The translations under genes and the position numbers were made by a program. This document shows positions 24,767 to 34,885 of a DNA stretch of 64,000 bases, one piece after another. The notes below the pieces were generated by a model, which was given only the letters and a program-made list of their open reading frames with translations, searched no databases and was not told the origin of the DNA. Every line of letters starts with the position of its first letter. Position 1 is the stretch's first letter. The stretch spans positions 69,751 through 133,750 of the forward strand of contig CAZJKL010000001.1 of assembly GCA_964546655.1 (NCBI GenBank), written 5' to 3'. Source of the DNA: an uncultured Bacteroidales bacterium. Its GTDB lineage: Bacteria; Bacteroidota; Bacteroidia; Bacteroidales; CAZJKL01.

Positions 24767-25795
24767 ATGGAAAACTTTGATGAATATTTAAGACAAGGCG
24801 AACCAAACAAAACTGAGAAAGCAAAAGTTTGGAAAACGGCTATCGGCTTGCAACAAGTTGACGGCTTAAAACCATCTGAATATCTCATTGATACTGCTAA
24901 ACAAAACATTGAAGGAGACATAACCATTGACGAAGTAAAAAAACGCATTGACAGTTATTATCAGCAATACCCAACCAAAACAAACGAAGACCGCACTGAA
25001 GAAGCCGACAAGGTTTCGGTAAGAATTGCTGAAATGTTGAGTGAGCAAACCTTTACGTTTTCACCCGCAGAATACTTATCAATTCATCGAAGATTGTTTT
25101 CAGGTATTTACAAATTTGCAGGAAAAATTCGTGATTACAATATCACCAAAAAAGAATGGGTTTTGAATGGCGAAACCGTTCTTTATGCAAGTGCAGACAG
25201 TTTGAAAGAAACTTTGGAATATGATTTTGAACAAGAAAGAAAATTTAGTTACAAAGGATTAAGCGAACAGGAAATAATAGAACACTTAACACGCTTTATT
25301 TCTTACCTGTGGCAAATCCACATTTTTGGCGAAGGCAACACACGAACAACAGCAATTTTCTTAATAAAATATTTGCGAAAATTAGGGTTCAAAAACGTAA
25401 ACAACGATTTGTTTGCAGATAACTCTTGGTATTTCCGAAATGCACTTTTAAGAGCCAACTACGAAGACTTATCAAGAGGAATTTACAGAACAGAAAAATA
25501 TTTGATTCGCTTTCTTTCAAACTTATTACTCAAAGAAAATTATTCGCTAAAAAATCGTGAAATGTATATTTTAGCAGAAAATGCAGATGACACTGTAAAG
25601 CTACAAATTGAAACTGTAAATGATACTGTATTTTCATTGATTAAGCAAGATAACAAAATAAAGGCGAACGAAATTAGTGAACGATTGAGATTGAGTTTAA
25701 GTACTGTGAGACGAAAAATCAAAGAACTCAAAAACAACAGTAAAATAGAACGTATTGGTAGTGATAAAACAGGATATTGGAAAATAAAGGTATAA
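24767..25795 (+). CDS. fic: Fic/DOC family protein with C-terminal winged-helix domain
   Basis: Fic motif HIFGEGNTRTT. C-terminal ISERLRLSLSTVRRKIKELK...GYWKI is HTH-like. N-terminal helix contains NIEG. Confidence 0.85.
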   Translation: MENFDEYLRQGEPNKTEKAKVWKTAIGLQQVDGLKPSEYLIDTAKQNIEGDITIDEVKKRIDSYYQQYPTKTNEDRTEEADKVSVRIAEMLSEQTFTFSPAEYLSIHRRLFSGIYKFAGKIRDYNITKKEWVLNGETVLYASADSLKETLEYDFEQERKFSYKGLSEQEIIEHLTRFISYLWQIHIFGEGNTRTTAIFLIKYLRKLGFKNVNNDLFADNSWYFRNALLRANYEDLSRGIYRTEKYLIRFLSNLLLKENYSLKNREMYILAENADDTVKLQIETVNDTVFSLIKQDNKIKANEISERLRLSLSTVRRKIKELKNNSKIERIGSDKTGYWKIKV

Positions 25796-25857
25796 TAGAC
25801 AAAAATAATTGCTTTTTAACTTACACACTTAACGGAGTAATGTCTTACAACAAACCA

Positions 25858-26433
25858 TTAAACATCTATCCATTTAGGCATAGGCTGAATGTTTGTATTA
25901 TTTAGTTTTGTTAAAAGTTCTTTATAGTTTTTATCAACTATTAATGCTTCGTAAACATTTAATGGCATAAGCTTTTCGTCAACTGTATGCTTTAAGTATT
26001 TTAATAAAGAATCAAAATATTTATTTATATTTAAAAGACCTATCGGCTTATTAATTAAACTTAATTGAATATAACCTAAAACTTCGCTTAACTCATCTAA
26101 AGTACCAATACCTCCAGGTAAAACAATATAAGCGTCTGCTTTGTCATAAAGCAAATGCTTTCTTTCTTGCATTGTTTTAGTTACAATTAATTCGGTTAAA
26201 TTATTATGAACAACTTCTTTTTTTGTTAAAAAATTCGGAATAATACCTATCGCTTTGCCGCCGTTATCCATAACACCTTGAGCAACACTTCCCATAATTC
26301 CAATTTTTGCTCCACCATAAACTAAACAAATATTATTTTTAGCAAGGAAAGCTCCTAAATTATATGCGGTTTCGGTATAAATTTTATTATTTCCATTATT
26401 TGAACCACAAAAAACTGTTAAATATCTAATCAT
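25858..26433 (-). CDS. LOG-family (TIGR00730-type) nucleotide phosphoribohydrolase
   Basis: VYGGAKIGIMG and PGGIGTLDE motifs. Confidence 0.85.
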   Translation of the reverse strand: MIRYLTVFCGSNNGNNKIYTETAYNLGAFLAKNNICLVYGGAKIGIMGSVAQGVMDNGGKAIGIIPNFLTKKEVVHNNLTELIVTKTMQERKHLLYDKADAYIVLPGGIGTLDELSEVLGYIQLSLINKPIGLLNINKYFDSLLKYLKHTVDEKLMPLNVYEALIVDKNYKELLTKLNNTNIQPMPKWIDV

Positions 26434-26446
26434 ATAGTAATGTTTT

Positions 26447-26962
26447 TTACCAATTTTCTTTTATTGTACTTGATTTTAATTCATCCATCTTTTTTACAAA
26501 ACTTTCAGTAAGTTTCTTAATGTAATTATCAATAAATATTAGTTTTTTCGAGTATTTTGCTTCGTTCTCAGACCAAAATTCAATTGTTTCGTAAGGTTGT
26601 TTTTTTTGTTTAAATTCGGTAATGATATATCTGTATTTATTGTCTTTTATCTGAATTGTCATTATATATCCAACTTTATCATTACTACCTCCAACTTCCG
26701 AATATTCAATATAATAATCACATTCAATAATACCCTGTGTCAGATCTCGTTTTTTAGTAACGCTTTGCGAATTACTATAAAACTGATTAACCCATGCTAT
26801 TGCCTGATTATATAGTTTGTCTTTTGTAGTATTCTGAATATCAAATGATTTTGAATATATAACTTTTTTTGTTGTTTCGTCTATATTAAATTTAATGCTC
26901 TGAGAATTTACAGTGTTATGTAAAAATAGAAATGCGAAAATAATTAATGTTAATGGTTTCAT
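26447..26962 (-). CDS. Secreted DUF4468-like protein
   Basis: Signal peptide. Size and KDKLYNQAIAWVNQ-type segment resemble the recalled DUF4468 family. Low certainty. Confidence 0.45.
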   Translation of the reverse strand: MKPLTLIIFAFLFLHNTVNSQSIKFNIDETTKKVIYSKSFDIQNTTKDKLYNQAIAWVNQFYSNSQSVTKKRDLTQGIIECDYYIEYSEVGGSNDKVGYIMTIQIKDNKYRYIITEFKQKKQPYETIEFWSENEAKYSKKLIFIDNYIKKLTESFVKKMDELKSSTIKENW

Positions 26963-27028
26963 GTTTATGATTTTAAAATAAAACCTAAGTTATAAAACTA
27001 ATATTTAAAGAAAAAGCAATTTTTAAAT

Positions 27029-28501
27029 TTATTTGCAAATATTTGCTTTTGCTTTTTGAGACAAGCTATTATAATAAGGATGATTATCAATAGATAAGCA
27101 TAAGTTAAAATATTGATTAGCTAGTTTTTTTTCATCAAGCGTCTTATACAATAGTCCAATGTTTAGAGCCGAATTTGCAGAAAAAAAGCTGTAGTTTGGA
27201 TTTTCTTTTTCAATAACAATTTTATAATATTTTATTGCATTATTAATATTGTTTTGTTTGTCATAAATTCTTGCTAATCTGTAATTATATTCAATATTTT
27301 CAATTTTAATATTAAATCCAATATTTTTTTCATAATCAGTCAGAAGAGTTAAAGCTTTATTGTAATATCCACCATCAAAAAAAAGCCTTGCTTTTAGTAA
27401 TGTTTTGTTTGGAATTTTCTTCGAATTAAATTCTTCTAAAGCTTGTTTATCTTCATCAACATCAGTACTACCATATATACTCACATTTTTCATGTATTCA
27501 TTGTATTTTTCATCATTGTTTTTTAATAAATAATACCATGCAATTTTCTGATTACATTCTTTTATATAGTTTTTTCCTTTAAAATTATCTTTAAAAATTG
27601 ATAAATATTTAATAGCATCTTCATCTAATCTATACATTTTAGCTTTAGCTAATAAATAATATAAGTAATAAAAAGTAAATTGGTTATTAGTTTTGTATGT
27701 GCTTAAAATAGTTATAACTTTATCATTGTCACCTAATTTATGGGCAACCTGAGATGCTGCGAAAATAATAAAAGGAGAAGAAGCAAGTCTTGCGTTTAAC
27801 ATTTCAAGATATTTTTTTGTTTTCTCTTTTTCATAATTAAAGTTTATTTCCAAAAAAACTAAATAAAACAAAACTTCATTTTCAATAAATTTATAATTGT
27901 TGTCAGCATGAACATTATTATAGGTTTTTATTAATTCATTTATACCCTGTTTAATGCTTCCATTCATACCAGACAACTTTAACATCCATGAATAACTTTC
28001 GGGTATAGTACCAATAATCGAATGTAATACACCCAATGATTTATCATTTAAAATGAAGTCAGGAAACTTTGATTTATTCTCAATTAAAAGATTGTAAGCT
28101 TTATATATTTCCATTCCGGCGGTGTAGTATTCACCAAACTTAACTCTCATAATAGCCCACTGTATATTAACTTCAGCTTGGGTATATAAATAATAAGGTG
28201 AATTTATATTTCCGGTTTTTAATTTATTTATTCTAATATCTTTATTCCCTTTAATTTTCTCAAAATACTCTTTGTCTTCTGAAATAAAAATCTTGTAAAA
28301 ATCAAGGCAATTTTCAAGATAAAAAGGAATTAGATTATTGTTGTTAAGTTTTTCGGTTTTAATAATTTCTCTAGCTTCATTGAAATTAAGTTTAAGAATT
28401 TCTTGATAAGCTTTTTGGCAATTTGCATTCATATTAAACGAAGCATTAGCGTATAAGCTAAACAATAAAAAATAAAAACAGATAATTATTTTTTTATTCA
28501 T
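27029..28501 (-). CDS. Secreted TPR-like repeat protein
   Basis: Signal peptide. Repeated helical A/Y/L-rich TPR-like units (e.g. YNYRLARIYDKQNNINNAIKYYKIV). Confidence 0.5.
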   Translation of the reverse strand: MNKKIIICFYFLLFSLYANASFNMNANCQKAYQEILKLNFNEAREIIKTEKLNNNNLIPFYLENCLDFYKIFISEDKEYFEKIKGNKDIRINKLKTGNINSPYYLYTQAEVNIQWAIMRVKFGEYYTAGMEIYKAYNLLIENKSKFPDFILNDKSLGVLHSIIGTIPESYSWMLKLSGMNGSIKQGINELIKTYNNVHADNNYKFIENEVLFYLVFLEINFNYEKEKTKKYLEMLNARLASSPFIIFAASQVAHKLGDNDKVITILSTYKTNNQFTFYYLYYLLAKAKMYRLDEDAIKYLSIFKDNFKGKNYIKECNQKIAWYYLLKNNDEKYNEYMKNVSIYGSTDVDEDKQALEEFNSKKIPNKTLLKARLFFDGGYYNKALTLLTDYEKNIGFNIKIENIEYNYRLARIYDKQNNINNAIKYYKIVIEKENPNYSFFSANSALNIGLLYKTLDEKKLANQYFNLCLSIDNHPYYNSLSQKAKANICK

Positions 28502-28545
28502 TTAATTATTTCTGGAAGGTAATAAATATTTATAGATTAATATAA

Positions 28546-28574
28546 ATAAAAAAGGGGGCTAAAATAACCCCCAA
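28546..28574 (-). terminator. Rho-independent terminator after 28582-29343 gene
   Basis: ggggg-9nt-ccccc with a T-run on the minus strand (A-run 28548-28553 on plus). Confidence 0.7.
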
Positions 28575-28581
28575 AAAACTA

Positions 28582-29343
28582 TTAAACTTCTTCGGTAATT
28601 TCGGAATCAACCAAAAGTCTTCCGCAATATTCGCAAACTATTATTTTTTTACGATTTCTTATATCTAATTGTCTTTGAGGTGGAATTTTATTAAAACAAC
28701 CACCGCAAGCATCTCTATCAACAACAACTACTGCAAGTCCATTTCTAACTTTAGCTCTAATTCTTTTATAAGCAGTAATTAATCTATCTTCAATTATTTT
28801 TTCATTTTCTTCAGATTGTTTCATTAACCTTTTTTCATCTTTTTCGGTTTCTGCAACGATATCATTTAATTCTTTTTTCTTAGATTTTATATCTTCTTTT
28901 CTTTCTTTTAGTTTTTGTGAAGTTTGATCTAATAATATTTTTTTCTCTTCAACAGTAGCTGCATATTCTTTAATTCTTTTCTCGCAAAGTTGAATTTCTA
29001 AACCTTGGAATTCAACTTCTTTTAATAAAGAATCATATTCGCGGCTATTTCTAACATTACGTTGTTGCTTTTCGTATTTTTCCATAGCAACTTTTGATTC
29101 TTTTATTTTGGTTTCTTTTTCAGAAACAGATTTTTTCAACTGACTAATTTCTTCTAAAAAATTTTTCTCGCGAGTTTCTAATCCTGCTATTTCGTCTTCT
29201 AAGTCTTGAACTTCTAAAGGTAGCTCACCTCTAATAATTCTGATTTTATCTATTTCAGAATCAATTTTTTGTAAAGCGTATAATGCTTTTAATTTACTTT
29301 CTACTGTGCTTTCAAGTATTTCGGTGTCTTTTTTTTTCGCCAT
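28582..29343 (-). CDS. Coiled-coil protein with C-terminal zinc ribbon (COG1579-like)
   Basis: Long heptad-rich E/K region. CGGC...CEYCGR ribbon. Typical neighbour of Nif3. Confidence 0.75.
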   Translation of the reverse strand: MAKKKDTEILESTVESKLKALYALQKIDSEIDKIRIIRGELPLEVQDLEDEIAGLETREKNFLEEISQLKKSVSEKETKIKESKVAMEKYEKQQRNVRNSREYDSLLKEVEFQGLEIQLCEKRIKEYAATVEEKKILLDQTSQKLKERKEDIKSKKKELNDIVAETEKDEKRLMKQSEENEKIIEDRLITAYKRIRAKVRNGLAVVVVDRDACGGCFNKIPPQRQLDIRNRKKIIVCEYCGRLLVDSEITEEV

Positions 29344-29344
29344 A

Positions 29345-30439
29345 TTAAAAATAATTAATTGGATTAGTTTTTATTTCTGATAATAAGATTGCAAATGTAG
29401 GAAATTTTTTATTAATAATTTCAAACATTAAATCTTTTGTGTAAAATTCACTTTCAAAATGACCAATATCTGCTAAAATAATTTTTTGTTCAGCATCAAA
29501 AAACTGATGATATTTAATATCACTTGTTAAAAATATATCGGCTTTTTGTTTTATTGCATCATTAATTAAAAAACTACCTGACCCGCCACATAATGCAACT
29601 GTTTTAATAGTTTTATTTTCGCAATCGGTATGCTTAATTACAGGAATATTAAATATTTCTTTTACTTCTTTTAAGAAATCGAAAACTTTAATTTTTTTAT
29701 CTAATTCTCCAATAATACCTGCACCAATAGTTGAACATTTATTGTCTAAAGAATAAATATCGTAAGCTACTTCTTCGTAAGGATGAGCTTTTATTATATT
29801 TTTTATTATTTTATCTTCTTTATCTTTATGGAATATTGTTTCAATTTTAATTTCTTTTTCTTTATGCATTTCACCTTTTTGTCCAACATAAGGATTGCTA
29901 GTTTCGGACCCTTTAAATGTGCCGAAGCCTAAGGTATTGTAGCTGCAATTATCATAATTTCCAATATTGCCTCCACCTGCATCAAAAATAGCTTCTCTAA
30001 CTTTATCTGCATCATTTTCAGGGACATAAACAACTATTTTCTTTAAAACACCTTTTTCTTGTTTTAAAATTTTACAATTATTTAATCCAATTTTAGATGC
30101 TATTTTGAAGTTAACACCATTAATAATATTATCAAGGTTTGTATGAGCCGAATAAATAGCAATATTATTTTTAATAGCTTTTATTATAATTCGTTCGATA
30201 TAATTATTTCCGTTAATTTTTTTTATGCCTTGAAAAATTAAAGGGTGGTGCGTTACTATTAAATCACATTTCTTTTCAATAGCTTCTTCTAAAACTTCTT
30301 CGGTACAATCAAGTGCAATTAAAACTTTCTTTGTTGAATCGTTAATGTTTCCTATTATTAAACCTGCATTATCATACGAATCTTGGTATAATAATGGAGC
30401 ATAATCTTCGAAACACTTAATTAAATCTCCAATTTTCAT
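29345..30439 (-). CDS. Nif3-like dinuclear metal centre protein (YbgI/GTP cyclohydrolase 1 type 2 homolog)
   Basis: N-terminal YDNAGLIIG, ...THHPLIF..., C-terminal GHFESE. An inserted PII-like domain gives ~364 aa. Confidence 0.85.
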   Translation of the reverse strand: MKIGDLIKCFEDYAPLLYQDSYDNAGLIIGNINDSTKKVLIALDCTEEVLEEAIEKKCDLIVTHHPLIFQGIKKINGNNYIERIIIKAIKNNIAIYSAHTNLDNIINGVNFKIASKIGLNNCKILKQEKGVLKKIVVYVPENDADKVREAIFDAGGGNIGNYDNCSYNTLGFGTFKGSETSNPYVGQKGEMHKEKEIKIETIFHKDKEDKIIKNIIKAHPYEEVAYDIYSLDNKCSTIGAGIIGELDKKIKVFDFLKEVKEIFNIPVIKHTDCENKTIKTVALCGGSGSFLINDAIKQKADIFLTSDIKYHQFFDAEQKIILADIGHFESEFYTKDLMFEIINKKFPTFAILLSEIKTNPINYF

Positions 30440-30477
30440 AATTAAAATTTAATCAAAACAAATAACTATATAAATAA

Positions 30478-30506
30478 AAAAAGGAAGAAAAAATTCTTCC
30501 TTTTTT
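30478..30506 (-). terminator. Rho-independent (bidirectional-type) terminator after ompA-like gene
   Basis: aaggaagaa-aaaa-ttcttcctt flanked by an A-run and a T-run. Confidence 0.75.
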
Positions 30507-30526
30507 ATAAAAAATATTTTTTAATA

Positions 30527-31552
30527 TTAGTCAGCTATTTCGAAATGAACTCTTCTATTAAAGTTTAATGCGTTAAATTGAGTTAAGTCAACTAAATGAT
30601 CAGTTTCACCTTTGCTTTCGATAATAAGTCTTTCTTCTTCAATTCCTAAAGCTATAATAGCATCAGCAACAGCTTGAGCTCTTCTCATCCCTAATCTAAA
30701 GTTATATTCATCAGTTCCAAAAGAATCAGTATGACCAATAACTCTAATTTTTGCACTAGGATTAGCTTTCATATAATTATAAACAACCATTAATAAAGAA
30801 CAATTATGTGGTCCTAAAACAAACTCTCTTTCAAAGAAAATTACAGGAAGAAAATCTCCACCTTTTCCGCCAACAGCATTTCCGCTTCCGCTTCCACCAG
30901 CATTTTTTAATGAAATACCTTTAAAGTTAACATATTTTGCATCTTCTGGTTTTGTATCTTTTTCTTCGTCAATAATATCAGCAACACCATCATTATCAGA
31001 ATCAATAGCTCTACCATATTTATCAACTTGAGTTCCAACAGGAGAAAATCTTTCTTTGTCAACATTGTCAGAAATACCGTCTCCGTCAGTATCATTAGCT
31101 GAAGAGAGTGCTATTTTTGCTGTGTCACAATTAACTGCATAAGCTGTATTTCTTGCATACATAGAATACATACTTGCATTCATTTTATATTTTTTACCTT
31201 TTTCATTAATTTCAGGAGTTAAAAATTCAAGAACTATATAATATTTATACATTCCAAAATTTATTTCATTAAAAGAAGTATAAGTTCCCATCGCCTCACC
31301 GCTTTTACCAACGTTAATTTTTAAAACGCCATTTCCATCTGTATCAGTGCTAGAACCTTCTTGCCAAACTAATTGTTTGCCTTTGTTCTTTTCGTATATT
31401 TTAACGCTCCATGTTACTGTGCCATTAGAATAAGGATCTTTTGTTTTAGCTGCAGTTACTGGTATAGAAAATGTAAATGGAACATTTTTTTGTTGAGCAT
31501 ATAATCCAATGCAAAATAAGATTATTGTTGAAATTAGTACTAATCTTTTCAT
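30527..31552 (-). CDS. OmpA-family protein with thrombospondin type-3-like Ca-binding repeats
   Basis: DTDGDGISDNVD and DSDNDGVADIID repeats. OmpA C-terminal motif GHTDSFGTDEYNFRLGMRRAQAV. Confidence 0.85.
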   Translation of the reverse strand: MKRLVLISTIILFCIGLYAQQKNVPFTFSIPVTAAKTKDPYSNGTVTWSVKIYEKNKGKQLVWQEGSSTDTDGNGVLKINVGKSGEAMGTYTSFNEINFGMYKYYIVLEFLTPEINEKGKKYKMNASMYSMYARNTAYAVNCDTAKIALSSANDTDGDGISDNVDKERFSPVGTQVDKYGRAIDSDNDGVADIIDEEKDTKPEDAKYVNFKGISLKNAGGSGSGNAVGGKGGDFLPVIFFEREFVLGPHNCSLLMVVYNYMKANPSAKIRVIGHTDSFGTDEYNFRLGMRRAQAVADAIIALGIEEERLIIESKGETDHLVDLTQFNALNFNRRVHFEIAD

Positions 31553-31849
31553 AAGATATTTCTTTAATTTTTTTTATAATAAATTTAAACTTTTCCAAAA
31601 ATACTAAATATTAAATCTTTTCAAATAATATTATTAATTTTTTTTGAATTTATTTATTAATAAGAAATCAACAATGTTATTCTATTGTGTTTAAGTAATT
31701 GATTTGCAATATTTTAATCAATAATTTACTAATATTATGACTTTTTATTTTTTTTTAAGTTTTTTATATAAATAAATAAAAAAATGAAACTAATATATAT
31801 TTAATTTTATATTTTATAATTTTGGAGCAATAATTTTCTAAAAAATGAT

Positions 31850-32890
31850 ATGTATAAAATAGTCATAATTTTTGTTATTCTTTTAGCCAGAATATCATTT
31901 ATTCAAGGCCAGCAAAACAATATTCTTCCACAAGCAATTAAGTGGTATTCTCTTGAAGAAGCCCAAAAATTAGTGAAAGAAAATCCGAAAAAAATATTAA
32001 TCGATTTTTATACAGAATGGTGTGGCCCTTGTAAAATGATGTTTAAAAACACATACTCAAATCCTGTTATAATTAATTATATAAACAATAATTTTTATCC
32101 AGTTAAATTTAATGCAGAGGGTAGTGACACCGTCTTGTTTAAAGACAGCACATATTATAATAATGGTTATGATAAAGAAAAAACAGGAAGAAATTCGACT
32201 CATAGTTTAACATATATTCTTTCAAATTTAAATAATAGTATAAAATACCCTTCAACTACTTTTCTTGATGAAAATTTAAATGTTTTAACTGTAGTGCAAG
32301 GAGTTATTGCTCCAAATGAGTTTTTGTCAATATTAATTTTCTTTGCCGAAGATGTTTACAAAAACATTGATTTTAATGCATTTAATAAAAATTATATAAA
32401 CACTTTTGATACAATCCCCGAAATTCAAAAAATTAATTGGGTGAGTTTTGAAAAAGCATTAGAAATACAAAAATCTGAAAAAAAGAAAATTCTACTTTAT
32501 TTATATGGAGAATGGAATTATTCTTCTAAAATAATGTTTAACACTACTTTTTCTAATCAATTTATTAGTGATTATATTAATAAGAATTTTATTTGCGTAA
32601 ATTTTAATTCAATTTCACAAGACACATTAAAATATAAAGATAAGATTTTTATTAATGAAAATAAAGGTCACCCATTTCATCAATTCCCTGTTTTTCTACT
32701 TCAAGGAGTAATGAAAATGCCATCAAGTGTTTTATTTGATGAAGAAGGAAATATAATAACACCTATTCCAGGATATTTTGATCCCATAAATTATGAGGTA
32801 ATATTAAACTTTTTTGGCGGAAATATCTATAAGGATAAGAACACATCATGGACTCAATTCAAAAAAGATTTTAGTGGATTTGTAAAATAA
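31850..32890 (+). CDS. Secreted double thioredoxin-fold protein
   Basis: Signal peptide. FYTEWCGPCKMM in domain 1. The second thioredoxin-like half lacks CxxC. Confidence 0.65.
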   Translation: MYKIVIIFVILLARISFIQGQQNNILPQAIKWYSLEEAQKLVKENPKKILIDFYTEWCGPCKMMFKNTYSNPVIINYINNNFYPVKFNAEGSDTVLFKDSTYYNNGYDKEKTGRNSTHSLTYILSNLNNSIKYPSTTFLDENLNVLTVVQGVIAPNEFLSILIFFAEDVYKNIDFNAFNKNYINTFDTIPEIQKINWVSFEKALEIQKSEKKKILLYLYGEWNYSSKIMFNTTFSNQFISDYINKNFICVNFNSISQDTLKYKDKIFINENKGHPFHQFPVFLLQGVMKMPSSVLFDEEGNIITPIPGYFDPINYEVILNFFGGNIYKDKNTSWTQFKKDFSGFVK

Positions 32891-32926
32891 TTTTCGATTT
32901 TAATTTTTTGTTATTTATATTTATAT

Positions 32927-32934
32927 TACATTTG
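32927..32934 (+). promoter_or_regulatory. Candidate -7 box (TACATTTG) for csp gene
   Basis: TAnnTTTG match 30 nt upstream of the ATG at 32965. Confidence 0.45.
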
Positions 32935-32964
32935 CATAATTATTAAATTTAATCAATTACAAAA

Positions 32965-33156
32965 ATGAATGACGGAATAGTAAAATTTTTCAATGAATCT
33001 AAAGGTTTTGGATTTATTATTGACTCAAAAACAAAAAAAGAATACTTTGTACATGTGTCTGGTTTAATCGACAAAATCAAAGAAAATGACGAAGTTGTTT
33101 TTAACCTTCAAGAAGGTAAAAAAGGTCTAAATGCAGTAAATGTAAAAATAGCTTAA
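32965..33156 (+). CDS. cspA: Cold-shock domain protein
   Basis: GIVKFFNESKGFGFI (RNP1) and FVHVS (RNP2). Confidence 0.9.
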   Translation: MNDGIVKFFNESKGFGFIIDSKTKKEYFVHVSGLIDKIKENDEVVFNLQEGKKGLNAVNVKIA

Positions 33157-33213
33157 GAAAAGAAACTATATATATTATAAATATAATTGAAAGTTTTTTT
33201 ATTATTTATTGTG

Positions 33214-33244
33214 AAAGTGGAGTTTAACAACTCCACTTTTTTAT
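33214..33244 (+). terminator. Rho-independent terminator after csp
   Basis: aaagtggagtt-taac-aactccacttt followed by a T-run. Confidence 0.85.
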
Positions 33245-33308
33245 TTAAATTAATTAGTGTTTAATACAAAAAAAACAAATAAACATTTGCAAATAATAAT
33301 TTTATGAT

Positions 33309-33316
33309 TAATTTTG
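33309..33316 (+). promoter_or_regulatory. Candidate -7 box (TAATTTTG) for rpmE2
   Basis: TAnnTTTG match 28 nt upstream of the ATG at 33345. Confidence 0.45.
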
Positions 33317-33344
33317 CAAATCGAAAAAAATAAAATTAAATAAA

Positions 33345-33617
33345 ATGAAAAAAGACATTCATCCATCGGATTATAGATTAGTTGTTTTCAAAGATATGTC
33401 AAATGAAACTTCATTCTTAACAAAATCTACCGTTAAAACTAAAGAAACTATTCAATGGGAAGACGGAAAAGAGTATCCTCTAATTAAATTGGAAATTTCT
33501 AATACTTCTCATCCTTATTTTACTGGTAAAATGAAATTAGTTGATACAGCTGGTAGAATTGATAAATTTAAAAATAAATATAAAAATCATATCACTAAAA
33601 AAACTCAAGAAGAATAA
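33345..33617 (+). CDS. rpmE2: 50S ribosomal protein L31, type B (no Zn-ribbon cysteines)
   Basis: [19 protein letters not shown]...SHPYFTGK. Confidence 0.9.
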   Translation: MKKDIHPSDYRLVVFKDMSNETSFLTKSTVKTKETIQWEDGKEYPLIKLEISNTSHPYFTGKMKLVDTAGRIDKFKNKYKNHITKKTQEE

Positions 33618-33633
33618 AATTTATTTTTTCTTT

Positions 33634-33661
33634 AAAAAAAGCCCTTTTAAGGGCTTTTTTT
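33634..33661 (+). terminator. Rho-independent terminator after rpmE2
   Basis: aaaaaagccctt-tt-aagggcttttttt. Confidence 0.85.
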
Positions 33662-33692
33662 ATGTATATTTATTGACAAAAAAATAAAATAT

Positions 33693-34871
33693 ATGAATTT
33701 TATATTATTTGATGATAAAAATTTTCGTGAAAGTTTACTGCCTTTAACCTATACACGTCCAATTTGTGATATTCGAATAGGGATATTAACTATAAGAGAA
33801 AAATGGGAGTTTTTATTAAACACGAAAACGTCTTCTTTAACACAAGATTATTTAAGTGAAAAATTTCAATTAATAATGCAATCAAATAATTGTTTTATTA
33901 ATGGGGCTATTTTACCTGATAAAATAATAATTAATGAAATTCAAAAATTAAAGCAAAATCAAGCTTTAATAAATAATGATATAATAATTGCCGTTAACTC
34001 TAATTCAAACGAAGATATTTTTGATTTAGAAAAATTTGAAATCATTAAATATAATAACAGTATCAATTTCATTAAAAACACTTGGGATATTTTCACGAAA
34101 AATAATAATGAATTAATTAGTGATTTCGACCTCGTAACATCAAATAAAACAAGTGAACCTCTTTCTTCAACAAATACAAAAATAGGTAATTATCCTGTTT
34201 TTATAGAAAAAGGAGCCATTGTTGAATGCTCTGTTTTTAATACAACTAGTGGCCCTATTTATATTGGCAAAGAAGCCGAAGTAATGGAAGGAAGTTTAAT
34301 AAGAGGTCCTTTTGCCTTATGTGAATATTCGACTTTAAAAATGGGTGCAAAAATTTATGGAGCAACCACAATAGGTCCTTACTGTAAAGTTGGTGGCGAA
34401 GTTAATAATAGCGTTTTTTTAGGATATTCGAACAAGGCTCATGATGGATTCATAGGGAATTCTGTTATTGGTGAATGGTGTAATATAGGAGCTGATTCAA
34501 ATAATTCTAATTTAAAAAACAATTATGCCGAAGTAAAACTTTGGGATTATTCACAAGAAAAATTTATTAATACAAATCTACAGTTTTGTGGATTAATTAT
34601 GGGTGATCATTCAAAATGTGGCATTAATACTATGTTTAATACCGGTACTGTTGTAGGATTTAGCTCTAATATTTATGGAAGTGGTTTTCCAAGGAATTTT
34701 GTACCTTCATTTTCATGGGGAGGTGCATTAGGTTTTACCGACTTTAAGCTAGATAAAGCAGTTGAAATCGCAAAAATAGTAATGGAAAGAAGAAATTTAA
34801 TATTTGATGAAAAAGAATATAAAATTTTTGAACATATTTATAGTTATAGTCATAAATACAGAAAAATTTAA
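33693..34871 (+). CDS. Putative sugar nucleotidyltransferase with left-handed beta-helix (GlmU-like)
   Basis: N-terminal LLPLTYTRP motif. C-terminal hexapeptide-repeat region. Confidence 0.6.
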   Translation: MNFILFDDKNFRESLLPLTYTRPICDIRIGILTIREKWEFLLNTKTSSLTQDYLSEKFQLIMQSNNCFINGAILPDKIIINEIQKLKQNQALINNDIIIAVNSNSNEDIFDLEKFEIIKYNNSINFIKNTWDIFTKNNNELISDFDLVTSNKTSEPLSSTNTKIGNYPVFIEKGAIVECSVFNTTSGPIYIGKEAEVMEGSLIRGPFALCEYSTLKMGAKIYGATTIGPYCKVGGEVNNSVFLGYSNKAHDGFIGNSVIGEWCNIGADSNNSNLKNNYAEVKLWDYSQEKFINTNLQFCGLIMGDHSKCGINTMFNTGTVVGFSSNIYGSGFPRNFVPSFSWGGALGFTDFKLDKAVEIAKIVMERRNLIFDEKEYKIFEHIYSYSHKYRKI

Positions 34872-34885
34872 TAAAAAATAATACT

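Noticed and set aside
24640-24948. 102-aa minus-strand ORF overlapping the fic promoter and the first 60 codons of fic.
   Set aside because: It is antisense to a strongly supported Fic CDS, has no motif and an odd Cys/Phe/Ser-rich composition, and would remove the fic -7 box.
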